A DNA stretch of 42,554 nucleotides, taken from positions 1-42,554 of the forward strand of contig JBHLLP010000030.1 of assembly GCA_048885525.1 (NCBI GenBank). The letters are read 5' to 3'. Under the pieces are notes generated by a model. It was not told the origin of the DNA, made no database searches, and saw nothing but the letters and a program-made list of their open reading frames with translations. This DNA is from Candidatus Hermodarchaeota archaeon (lineage in GTDB: Archaea; Asgardarchaeota; Lokiarchaeia; Sigyniarchaeales; SOKP01). The position numbers were made by a program, and so were the translations under genes. Shown here piece after piece: positions 10,257 to 19,071 of the stretch (the stretch's first letter is position 1; every line of letters starts with the position of its first letter).

Positions 10257-11651
10257 TTAAAAATCTATGATACTGCCTTCCATATCCTTAGGAATATCAA
10301 CTCCTAAAATTTTTAAAGATGTTGGAGCAATATCAAGTATACTCTTAATTCCTAAATTTTTCCCTACCCTTTTTGTAGGGTCATATAAAATATAAACACC
10401 AAACCAATCATGCACAGCGTCATCTGGTCCAGTATCATTTTCATCTAAATACATTGAATCATATCCAACTGTTCCGGCGGATCTCCAATTTAGATCATCA
10501 AAATAAACCATAAGATCTGGAGCGTCACCATTAATAATATTGAATAACTCCTCGGGTCTATAAACAATAGTGTCCATTGGATTTCCATTGTTGTCCTTTA
10601 TTGATTTTATTTTTTTTATAATTTTTTCTCTCATTTTTTCATAATCTTCTTGCTTTATAATCCCATGAGGTTCTCTCCCTTCAATATTAAGAAAGATTCT
10701 CGCGTAATATCCTCCCCAACCCCAAGCATAAGTATTATCCCAATCAATATCTGCATCTGCTAGTCTTGTTCTTGGTTTTGGTCTACTTTTAAACTTTAAT
10801 AACCCCAAACTTTCAAGAGCCATATTCACACATACCAAACCTTTCATAGCCTTAGCACCATGATCAGATACAATCATAACAAATGTTTTATTATCCAATA
10901 AATCTAATATTTCTCCAATTTCATGATCTAAATATTGATAATATTTCCTCATCTCTCCTTCAAACTCATTACTCGGTTCATATTTAGGGTGTTCTTTGTC
11001 GTAATACTTCCAAAAAGCGTGGTGAAATCTATCTAATCCGATAATTACAAATTTGAAATAATTCCAGTCTTTAGTCTGTATTAAATATTTGACAGTCTTT
11101 AATTGGATTTTCGTCATTTCATAGATTTCTTCCATTAAAACTTTCTTGTTTTCAACCCTAAAATTAGCATCTAAAATATATTTTCCCACATTTTGTTTAA
11201 TTTCATCTTTTAATTCTGGAGGGTATGTATAATTTGAGCTTATATCTGGTGTGATAAACCCTGATACGAGACATCCATTTATGGGTTGAACAGGATATGT
11301 TGGAGGGATTCCTAAAATACAAGATTTTAAGCCTTTTTCTGCTATTATATCCCAAACTTTTGGTTCTTTAATTTTGTAAGAAGTTGCAATCCAAAAGTCG
11401 TCATATGAATTCTCTTTTCTATGTCTAAAACCAAATAATCCTAAAGTTCCAGCTTTCTTACCAGTAGACATTACCATCCAAGCAGGAATGGTAATTGGGG
11501 GATCACATGTTCTTAATTTTCCATATCCTCCTTTTTCCATCATTTTCTTTATGTTAGGGCAATCATCCAAGAAATCTTCGAATAAAGTTTTGGGTGTTGC
11601 ACAGTCTAATCCAATAACTATCAGTTTCTTTTTATTTTTCATTATTACCAT
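10257..11651 (-). CDS. AlkP-superfamily (nucleotide pyrophosphatase/phosphodiesterase-like) metalloenzyme
   Basis: IGLDC, PPITIPAW (Thr nucleophile position), DRFHH, VSDHG, DAVH, DIAPT. No signal peptide seen. Start may be 11642. Confidence 0.88.
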   Translation of the reverse strand: MVIMKNKKKLIVIGLDCATPKTLFEDFLDDCPNIKKMMEKGGYGKLRTCDPPITIPAWMVMSTGKKAGTLGLFGFRHRKENSYDDFWIATSYKIKEPKVWDIIAEKGLKSCILGIPPTYPVQPINGCLVSGFITPDISSNYTYPPELKDEIKQNVGKYILDANFRVENKKVLMEEIYEMTKIQLKTVKYLIQTKDWNYFKFVIIGLDRFHHAFWKYYDKEHPKYEPSNEFEGEMRKYYQYLDHEIGEILDLLDNKTFVMIVSDHGAKAMKGLVCVNMALESLGLLKFKSRPKPRTRLADADIDWDNTYAWGWGGYYARIFLNIEGREPHGIIKQEDYEKMREKIIKKIKSIKDNNGNPMDTIVYRPEELFNIINGDAPDLMVYFDDLNWRSAGTVGYDSMYLDENDTGPDDAVHDWFGVYILYDPTKRVGKNLGIKSILDIAPTSLKILGVDIPKDMEGSIIDF

Positions 11652-11683
11652 ATATATTATAATTTATTAAAATACAAAAAAAT

Positions 11684-12832
11684 TTAAGATACAAATGGAT
11701 TTTCGTATTGTAAGATTACTTTTGCAACTTCAGGACGCATAACTTCGGGATCTGGAGGATTTCCCGATTGTAACGCCAATCTTATTTCCGTTCCAGCAAA
11801 ATAATTCTGGAATTCAGGAGGATGGGGACAAATTTTATCATTTACCACGGAATCACACTTTGAACATTTAGAAAATGATCTAAACTTAATTGGTTCGATA
11901 CCTAAATCTGGAAATTTATCAAAAATATCATGAGCATCATAGGGTCCATAATAATCTCCGACTCCTGCGTGATCTCTACCTATTATAAGATGGTCACAAC
12001 CAAAATTCTTTCTTGTTATAGCATGGAAAACGGCTTCCTTAGGACCAGCATATCTCATTTCAGTTTCAAAAGTGCTTAATACTACTCTATTTTTTGGATA
12101 ATATTCTTTTATAAGGACTTTGTATGCTTCAATTATAACTTCATCTAGAAAATCACCTAATTTCTTTTTTCCAATAACAGGATTGATAAATAGACCATCT
12201 ACATAAGTTAACCCTGCTTTCTGAACATATTCATGCCCTAAATGAGGAGGATTTCTCGTTTGAAACGCAACAACTCTGTCCCAGCCTTTTTCTTTAAATA
12301 ATACTCTTGTTTCAATAGGTTTTAAATCTAAATCTGGGAAAGTTGCCTTTGGTTCATTAATTAAAAAAGTCTCACCCCCAATAAGTTTTTCTTTATAATT
12401 GAAGACGTTATTAACTCCAGGATGATTCTGATCTAATGTACCATATGTTTTTTTAGCAAATTCTTTTTTATCATAATTATAAATCGTCTCTACATTCATT
12501 AGTGCAATTGGAACTCCACTAGCGTTTGTAAGGATTATTTTATCATCTAATCCTATATTTTTAAGTTCTTCATTAGACACGTCCAGCGTAATTGGAAATG
12601 GCCAAACAACATTATTCTCTAGATACATAGTATCCAATACATAATGATAATCATTTTCATTCATGAATCCCTCTAAGGGGCTAAAAAGACCAAAGGAGAT
12701 GTTCTTAATCACTTTAAGTGTCTCTGGTTTCACTGCAATTTTCTCAAATTCATTAATCTCTCCTTTAATCCTTTCTTTTTCAAATTTTGGTAATTCCTTA
12801 TTTACTAATGTTCCACCATGTGGTTTTATCAT
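11684..12832 (-). CDS. sat: Sulfate adenylyltransferase (ATP sulfurylase)
   Basis: PHGGTLVN, FSPLEGFM, AFQTRNPPHLGHE, MRYAGPKEA, GRDHAGVG, C-terminal CxxC...CPH zinc site. Confidence 0.97.
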   Translation of the reverse strand: MIKPHGGTLVNKELPKFEKERIKGEINEFEKIAVKPETLKVIKNISFGLFSPLEGFMNENDYHYVLDTMYLENNVVWPFPITLDVSNEELKNIGLDDKIILTNASGVPIALMNVETIYNYDKKEFAKKTYGTLDQNHPGVNNVFNYKEKLIGGETFLINEPKATFPDLDLKPIETRVLFKEKGWDRVVAFQTRNPPHLGHEYVQKAGLTYVDGLFINPVIGKKKLGDFLDEVIIEAYKVLIKEYYPKNRVVLSTFETEMRYAGPKEAVFHAITRKNFGCDHLIIGRDHAGVGDYYGPYDAHDIFDKFPDLGIEPIKFRSFSKCSKCDSVVNDKICPHPPEFQNYFAGTEIRLALQSGNPPDPEVMRPEVAKVILQYENPFVS

Positions 12833-12886
12833 ATAATCTCATTATCCATTTAAATTTATTCAAATTTATACAAAAATTTTCAATAA

Positions 12887-13126
12887 TCAATCAATATACC
12901 CTAAATCCCTTAACCTTTGTTTGACTTTTTCTTCTTCTTCCTTAGTAAACGCTTGTTTTGTTCGTTCCTCTTCTTCAATTGAAGATATAACTTGCCTAAG
13001 AACATAGGTAACATAACTAGATACAGAAGAAAATCCAGTTCCCTTCATTCGTTCCTTTATCTTTTCTACAAGAGGTTTAGGAATTGATACAGTAGTATAT
13101 TCTACCTTATGATCATCATCAGACAT
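12887..13126 (-). CDS. Ribbon-helix-helix (CopG/Arc-like) protein with acidic RLxxLGY C-terminal tail
   Basis: YTTVSIP beta-strand, helix, GFSSVSSYVTYVLR second helix; tail FTKEEEEKVKQRLRDLGYID. ATG 13126 preferred over TTG 13141. Confidence 0.85.
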   Translation of the reverse strand: MSDDDHKVEYTTVSIPKPLVEKIKERMKGTGFSSVSSYVTYVLRQVISSIEEEERTKQAFTKEEEEKVKQRLRDLGYID

Positions 13127-13188
13127 TTTTTCATGTACCAAATTTTTTCTATATGATTTTAGAATTTAATTATATTTAATTAATTATA

Positions 13189-13214
13189 ATTATAAACTTT
13201 TCTGATCTGAAAAG
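13189..13214 (-). promoter_or_regulatory. Candidate BRE-TATA promoter of the RHH-sat-AlkP-cysC operon overlapped by an 18-bp near-palindrome
   Basis: Minus strand reads CTTTTCAGATCAGAAAAG-TTTATAAT: purine-rich GAAAAG (13202-13197) directly before TTTATAAT (13196-13189), about 63 nt upstream of the RHH ATG. Confidence 0.5.
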
Positions 13215-13254
13215 ATATTTTTAAATACAGAAAATAGGTTTAAAACCGCAATGA

Positions 13255-14229
13255 TTATGCATTCTTTGAACTTAATTTTACGAAAACATCACTTAAACTG
13301 GGTTGGATTTCATTAAATTGTATTATTGGGTAATCTTTTAAAAAATCAAATAATTCTTGATAGTATTTTTCATTTAAGACAGAAAAATATATAAATTCAC
13401 CTGCATCCTCCACATTCTCAGTAAATTCTAATGAGTTGAGACACTTCATTAATTTATCTTTATTATCCCTTACTTGTATTCGGATATTGATTTTTTCTTT
13501 CAAAATTCTTTTGAAATTCTCTTGATTATCAACTTTTAAAATTTCGCCTTGTTTTAGAAATGCGATTCTATCACATAATCTTTCAACAATATTCATCTGA
13601 TGAGAAGTTAAAAATATAGTTTTATTTAACCCTAAAATTATTTCAATCATTTCCCTGACAGAATTAGGATCTAAGCCAACCATAGGCTCATCTAGAAAGA
13701 GAATTTTAGGATCAATTAACATAACTCTCGCTAACGCCAATTTAACTTTCATTCCAGTAGAATAATGTTCAACATATTGATCTAACCAGTCTGTCAAATT
13801 AACATTTTCAGCTATCTCTTTGATTTTTGATTTGAAATTTTTAATACCATAAAGATTACAGAAGAATTTTAAATTTCTATACCCTGTCATCCTATAGTAA
13901 ATCATTGTTCCTCCAAGCATTAAACCCACATTATTTTTAATGAACCAAGGGTTTTTCAAGATGTTATGTTCCAAAATTGTAGCATAACCACTAGTAGGCT
14001 GAATTAATGTTGTTAAAATTGAAACCATTGTTGTTTTACCTGCTCCATTTGGGCCTAATAATCCAAAAATTTCTCCTTTTTTAACTTTTAAATTAACATT
14101 ATTTAACGCAATAATGTGTCTATTATTTTTTCCTCTAATTTTATAATGCTTCGATAAATTAAATATCTCAATATCATATTCTGATGAAGAATCATAACTA
14201 GTTTCTATCAAAGTATTAACTTTCTTCAT
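13255..14229 (-). CDS. ABC transporter ATP-binding subunit (ABC-2/DrrA-like exporter)
   Basis: Walker A GPNGAGKTT, signature YSTGM, Walker B LFLDEP, TSH switch. ATG 14229 lies 1 nt after the permease stop. Confidence 0.92.
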   Translation of the reverse strand: MKKVNTLIETSYDSSSEYDIEIFNLSKHYKIRGKNNRHIIALNNVNLKVKKGEIFGLLGPNGAGKTTMVSILTTLIQPTSGYATILEHNILKNPWFIKNNVGLMLGGTMIYYRMTGYRNLKFFCNLYGIKNFKSKIKEIAENVNLTDWLDQYVEHYSTGMKVKLALARVMLIDPKILFLDEPMVGLDPNSVREMIEIILGLNKTIFLTSHQMNIVERLCDRIAFLKQGEILKVDNQENFKRILKEKINIRIQVRDNKDKLMKCLNSLEFTENVEDAGEFIYFSVLNEKYYQELFDFLKDYPIIQFNEIQPSLSDVFVKLSSKNA

Positions 14230-14230
14230 T

Positions 14231-15064
14231 TTAATACCCCGTGATACCATGTTTTTTATATAATTTGTTAAAAAAATAAACAGAAATAACTGGTGTTATT
14301 ATTGTAAATATGATTACAACTGATATATGGGTTGGAGATAAAAAGGTAATAGCAAGATTATAATCAATACCAATAAACCATACTAAGCGTAATAGATCAA
14401 AATAATAATATAATGGATTTAATTTAATGAAAAACTGAAAAAATTCAGGAAATATAGCCAATGGATAAGTTGAACAACTTAACCAGAATAGTATATTTGT
14501 TATCATTATTGAAAGTGTTGTATAACCTTCTTTAGATATTACAATACTTCCGATTAATAATCCAATACCCCCAAAAGTTAATGACATTGAAAAAAAGATT
14601 ATAAAAATTAATAATATATTTACTAACGATACTGGATATAAAACAAGGGCAATTATAAAAAATAAAGCAAATGGGATACATAACATTAATATTGCTGAAA
14701 TCATCATTCCTAATAGAAGATTAAAACGATTTAAAGGGGCAACTATCATCGCTTGAAATGTTTGCCAATATTTTTCTCTCGTTAGTGAAGTTCTAAAATG
14801 TGAAATAATTTGCCTTATTAATTGAAATTCAAAAGCCATTAATATGAAAAGAAGATAATTGTCAGTTGTCCAATATCCTAATTGATATGACTCGTTAAAA
14901 GAAAAAAAAGCACCAAATATTATTCCTACAATTAAAACAGTTAATAGTGGATTAAAAAAATGAGTAAAAAACGCTAATTTAAATCGTAATTCTATAAATA
15001 TCTCTCTCTCAGTTATAGCAAATATCTGTCTAATATTTCTTTTAATTGATTTTTTTGATAACAT
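14231..15064 (-). CDS. ABC-2 type permease
   Basis: About six hydrophobic segments, REKYWQTF and YP...P...LNPL motifs; coupled to the ATPase gene. Confidence 0.88.
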   Translation of the reverse strand: MLSKKSIKRNIRQIFAITEREIFIELRFKLAFFTHFFNPLLTVLIVGIIFGAFFSFNESYQLGYWTTDNYLLFILMAFEFQLIRQIISHFRTSLTREKYWQTFQAMIVAPLNRFNLLLGMMISAILMLCIPFALFFIIALVLYPVSLVNILLIFIIFFSMSLTFGGIGLLIGSIVISKEGYTTLSIMITNILFWLSCSTYPLAIFPEFFQFFIKLNPLYYYFDLLRLVWFIGIDYNLAITFLSPTHISVVIIFTIITPVISVYFFNKLYKKHGITGY

Positions 15065-15442
15065 TTTTGTATTCTTAAAAACTTAATATATGTCGTATTT
15101 TAGCAATGAATAAGTTAATCTCAATTTATATTTTTAAAAAAAATTCATCCTTTTTTATTGTTTCTTTTTATTTAAGTAGAAAATTTTTGATTACTTAAAT
15201 TAATTAATGAGATTTATTTCTTAAAATTAAATTTATTGGCTCCCAAATGATTTTGACAAATTTTTAATTACCGTGATTTTGATAATAAAAAATTCTGAAA
15301 AAGAAGGTTTTAGAAATAAGGATAATTTTTAGTATTAAAGAAATTAATTATAAAACCTCTTATATAAATTTATCTTACATAAATTTAAAATACACCCCCC
15401 AATAACACAATAATTTGGATATTATAGAGCTTAATCTTTATT

Positions 15443-16513
15443 ATGAAAAAAATTATAACATGTATAGGTATACGCCCAGATATTATCCGACTATCTCAAA
15501 TCATTAAAAAATTGGATAGATTTTTTGAAAATATCATTGTCGATAGTGGTCAACACTATGATTATAATTTAAATAAGATTTTTTATGAACAATTAAGTGT
15601 TCGTCCACCAAATTATAATCTTAATGTAAAAAGTGGAAGCCATGCTTATCAAGTTGCTCAATTAATGATGGAATTCGAAAAAACTCTTTTAAAAGAAAAA
15701 CCAGACTTCGTACTAGTTCTTGGAGATAATAACAGTAGTTTGGGTTTTGCTCTTGCTACATCCAAATTAAATGTCCCATTAGTCCATATTGAAGCGGGAA
15801 TGAGGAGTAAGAATTGGTTAATGCCAGAAGAGAAGAATCGAATTATTATTGACCATTTAGCTGATATGAATATTTGTTATTTGCCAGAACATAAAGCAAA
15901 TCTAAAAAGGGAAGGACTTAATCCCCGTAGAAGTTGGATTGTGGGTAATCCAATTATTGATGTCGTTCATGCAGTAAAAACTGATTTCAAACAAGAAAAG
16001 CCCTTTTATTTAGTAACCTGTCATCGAGCAGAAAACACAGAAAACATAGAGAATTTAAAGATAATCTTAGAATTTCTTGGTGAACTGTATAAACGGAAAA
16101 AAATTGAAATAAAATATATTTTAATGCCGAAAACCAAACAGATGATGCAAAAATATAATTTAAGTTTTTCGGAGGGTATAAACCCAATTCCCCCACAAGG
16201 ATTTTTGGAATTTTTGGGAATGGAAAAGGAAGCAGAGTTAGTGATCTCTGATAGTGGAACGGTTGTTGAAGAATGTGCGATATTATGCAAACCTTGTTTA
16301 ACAATTCGTGAAAGTACTGAAAGAATTGATTTGATAGAACTCGGTGTGAATACACTTACAGGAATGGATATAGATCAAATGCTAAGTTCAGTTGAGTTGG
16401 CACTTTCAAGACAGATTCAACCTATAACTCATTATGGCAAAAATGTGGCTGATAAAATTTGTAATATTTTAATTGGAAACTCATTAAAATTTCACAAACA
16501 CTTTGATAGATAG
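15443..16513 (+). CDS. Non-hydrolysing UDP-N-acetylhexosamine 2-epimerase (WecB / FnlC-like)
   Basis: GIRPDIIRL, SGQHYD, VLGDN, HIEAGMRS, MPEEKNR, SDSGTVVEE, RESTER. Confidence 0.88.
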   Translation: MKKIITCIGIRPDIIRLSQIIKKLDRFFENIIVDSGQHYDYNLNKIFYEQLSVRPPNYNLNVKSGSHAYQVAQLMMEFEKTLLKEKPDFVLVLGDNNSSLGFALATSKLNVPLVHIEAGMRSKNWLMPEEKNRIIIDHLADMNICYLPEHKANLKREGLNPRRSWIVGNPIIDVVHAVKTDFKQEKPFYLVTCHRAENTENIENLKIILEFLGELYKRKKIEIKYILMPKTKQMMQKYNLSFSEGINPIPPQGFLEFLGMEKEAELVISDSGTVVEECAILCKPCLTIRESTERIDLIELGVNTLTGMDIDQMLSSVELALSRQIQPITHYGKNVADKICNILIGNSLKFHKHFDR

Positions 16514-16515
16514 GA

Positions 16516-16545
16516 CTTAAGAATTTAAAACTTAAGAATTTAAAA
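16516..16545. repeat. Exact 15-bp tandem duplication CTTAAGAATTTAAAA x2
   Basis: Read directly between the convergent genes ending at 16513 and 16590. Confidence 0.8.
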
Positions 16546-16589
16546 GGGCAGGCATGAATATTAAATCTCACGTTAACAAAATCTCAATT

Positions 16590-17489
16590 TTATAGGCTAA
16601 AAAGACTATTTTTAACGTAATTTTTTAATTCAATTAGAGCTGTTTTAATATTTTTCCTTCCATACAAATTCTCGAGTTCTTTATATATTGTGGTTAATGT
16701 ACGATCCAACTTGTTATCCTCTTCATAAATCCGATTAATTTTGAGGTTTTTCTCAAAGACTTCATTAAAAATGTTCATTAAATTAAATTTTGTCACCGTA
16801 TTATTAGGTAAAAAATGATGGACATGAGAGATTTTAATTAATTTCTCAAAACTATTTGTTTCAATAATTTTTTCACATAGCTGAGCAAACTGAAGAGTTG
16901 TTACTCCGTTCCAAAGATGATGATCAAAACCATTAATAGTGCCCCCATTAGGCTGATTTAGGAACCATTCAAGTAAAAAAGTAACTTCCTTTTTAAACTC
17001 AGGGCCTATAATTGAAGATCTAATAATCAATGTAGTATTATCAAATACCTCTCCTAAACTTTTTGACTTTCCATAGACATCTAATGGATCATGAGCATCA
17101 TTTTCAGTATATCCTCCACTTTTTCCTGAATAAACACAATCAGTACCTATTTGGATTACTTTAATATGGTGTTTATTTGCATACTTTGCCAATTCCCATG
17201 GGAAGTCAGCATTTATTTTAATAGCACGAATAACACCTTCTGGATCATCGTCTTTAGAGAATGGTTTTGTAATTCCAATGCAATTAATAATATATTCAAT
17301 AGATAAATCATGAAATTTTTTATTTTCTAATTGAGATATATCATAAGCATCAAAAATGAATATGTTTTTGTTTAAATATTTCGAATTCCTCACAGTTCCA
17401 TATACATTAAAACTTTTGTTTTTTGAAAGATAATCAAAAACCATGGCGCCAAGCATTCCACTAACTCCAAGAACAAGTATATTAGTTAT
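16590..17489 (-). CDS. RmlD-family NDP-4-keto-6-deoxyhexose reductase, probable ATA start
   Basis: INCIGIT, GTDCVYSG, YGKSK, RSSIIGPE, WNGVTTL. The GxxGxxG motif (LGVSGMLG) begins upstream of ATG 17456; frame is open to ATA 17489, closed by in-frame TAA, with SD GAGGTGA just upstream. Confidence 0.85.
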   Translation of the reverse strand: MTNILVLGVSGMLGAMVFDYLSKNKSFNVYGTVRNSKYLNKNIFIFDAYDISQLENKKFHDLSIEYIINCIGITKPFSKDDDPEGVIRAIKINADFPWELAKYANKHHIKVIQIGTDCVYSGKSGGYTENDAHDPLDVYGKSKSLGEVFDNTTLIIRSSIIGPEFKKEVTFLLEWFLNQPNGGTINGFDHHLWNGVTTLQFAQLCEKIIETNSFEKLIKISHVHHFLPNNTVTKFNLMNIFNEVFEKNLKINRIYEEDNKLDRTLTTIYKELENLYGRKNIKTALIELKNYVKNSLFSL

Positions 17490-17504
17490 TTATCTCACCT
17501 CTTC

Positions 17505-18908
17505 TTAACGATTTTCAACTTCCCAAATTTTTTCACCCCAATAATCTGCAGGGTACCTATAATCATCTCCTTTACTCTCTTCCAAAGAACTAGTTGAAAA
17601 GAAAACTATTCTTGTATCTTCTTCTAATGGTCTAAATCCATTAGCATATTTCGGTGGTATAAAGAGGATCTGAGGATTCTTATCAGAAATAACATATCGG
17701 TGAACTTCTTGGTGTTTTGAGGGAGATTTTATATTATCTAATTTTACAGCAGCTATTATAGCTGAACCCTTAGCAACATATACATACTTGGCTTCATTAA
17801 GATGACCATGAAAAGCTCGAATTGTAGATGTAGAGAAATTCTTAACTTGATAAAACCTTTTAACACCAAAAAAATTAAAATCATTTGCAAACGAAACTGT
17901 ACCCCGATCATCGATAGCAATTCCCCCTGGAATTAAAAGAATTTCTCTTTTTCCAATTGTTTCTGCGATCTTAACTCTTTCAGCTAATTTTAAATTTGAA
18001 TATATACCTTTATGCATTTCGAAAACTGTTGGAGATTTCATAATTTCAATTACAGCATCTTCAATATTATATTTAAATTCATACCCAGAATTAACTAATT
18101 TTGAACTATCAACCATATAACTTCGTTTATCTACTATATTTTTATCAATTTCTACTTCGCATTTAGTAATATCTTTTACAATTTCTCCCAATTTTAAAAG
18201 GCTTAAATTTTCCCCTTTTACGTTAAAAATACCTTTTAAATCATTTTTAATCACATGAACAATTGTTCTTGAGATATCTTTAACATGAACAAAAGGGCGT
18301 TCTTGTTGACCTCCAAATATTGTAATTTTTTTAAATTTTACAGCTCTCCCTGCAAATGCATTTACAACTAAATCATATCGCATTCTTGGACTTAATCCAT
18401 AAGCAGTTCCTAAACGTAAAATACAATAATTATCTTTGCATACTTCTCTAATAATACGTTCTTGAGTATATTTAGTTTGCCCATAAAAATCAATAGGAAA
18501 TCCCTCATCTTCTTCTTTTACAACTACATTAGGTTCACTTCCATATATACTGCATGTGCTAATATGAATAATTTTTTTATTATATTTTTTACAAATTTCA
18601 GCAATATTTCTAGTTCCAATGCAATTTATTTCAATAGCAAGATTTGTATCGATTAAACAAGCTGGATCACCTACTATTGCTGCTAAATTAACGATTATAT
18701 CAAACTTTTGGATAATCTTTTGAATTTCATCCTTATTTCTTATATCTACTTGGATAAATGGATTAACGGGTGTAAGATCCTTATATAAATGGTTGTCTAA
18801 AATTTCTACTTCCATACTTTCTTTTTTGACAAAATCATATAACACACTACCAATATATCCTAATCCACCTAAAATAAGTATATTTGAAGTCATTTTTCCT
18901 ATTACCAT
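17505..18908 (-). CDS. Fusion of NAD-dependent epimerase/dehydratase SDR and C-terminal RmlC-like cupin
   Basis: GGLGYIG, STCSIYG, YGQTK; C-terminal DDRG...KRFY...RAFHGH...PPKYANGF cupin. Confidence 0.85.
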   Translation of the reverse strand: MVIGKMTSNILILGGLGYIGSVLYDFVKKESMEVEILDNHLYKDLTPVNPFIQVDIRNKDEIQKIIQKFDIIVNLAAIVGDPACLIDTNLAIEINCIGTRNIAEICKKYNKKIIHISTCSIYGSEPNVVVKEEDEGFPIDFYGQTKYTQERIIREVCKDNYCILRLGTAYGLSPRMRYDLVVNAFAGRAVKFKKITIFGGQQERPFVHVKDISRTIVHVIKNDLKGIFNVKGENLSLLKLGEIVKDITKCEVEIDKNIVDKRSYMVDSSKLVNSGYEFKYNIEDAVIEIMKSPTVFEMHKGIYSNLKLAERVKIAETIGKREILLIPGGIAIDDRGTVSFANDFNFFGVKRFYQVKNFSTSTIRAFHGHLNEAKYVYVAKGSAIIAAVKLDNIKSPSKHQEVHRYVISDKNPQILFIPPKYANGFRPLEEDTRIVFFSTSSLEESKGDDYRYPADYWGEKIWEVENR

Positions 18909-19071
18909 ATTTTGTTTGAAATATGATCCCTTATGTAATGAAGATAAGTTGTTAATTTAAATTAAAAGATTATTAATAAAAAAGTGATATTTAAATAAGA
19001 ACTCTTCCAATCTTAAAACAAATTACTAAATTTTCCTAAAGATAAACTTAAGCGTTTCGAATTTTATGGTT

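Noticed and set aside
10257-11651. Calling the AlkP protein a sulfatase
   Set aside because: No C/S-x-P-x-R formylglycine motif; Thr occupies the nucleophile position.
11684-12832. sat as evidence for dissimilatory sulfate reduction
   Set aside because: Paired with cysC in a glycan locus; no aprAB, qmo or dsr in the window.
15065-15442. Long AT-rich spacers (also 20092-20477, 26701-26961, 32502-32853, 41006-41210) as ncRNA or origin
   Set aside because: No GC-rich stems, tRNA fold or repeated boxes seen by eye; TATA-like words are too frequent to assign.
16516-16545. 15-bp tandem repeat as CRISPR remnant or target-site duplication
   Set aside because: Only two adjacent copies, with no spacer, cas gene or transposase; slippage is the simplest explanation.
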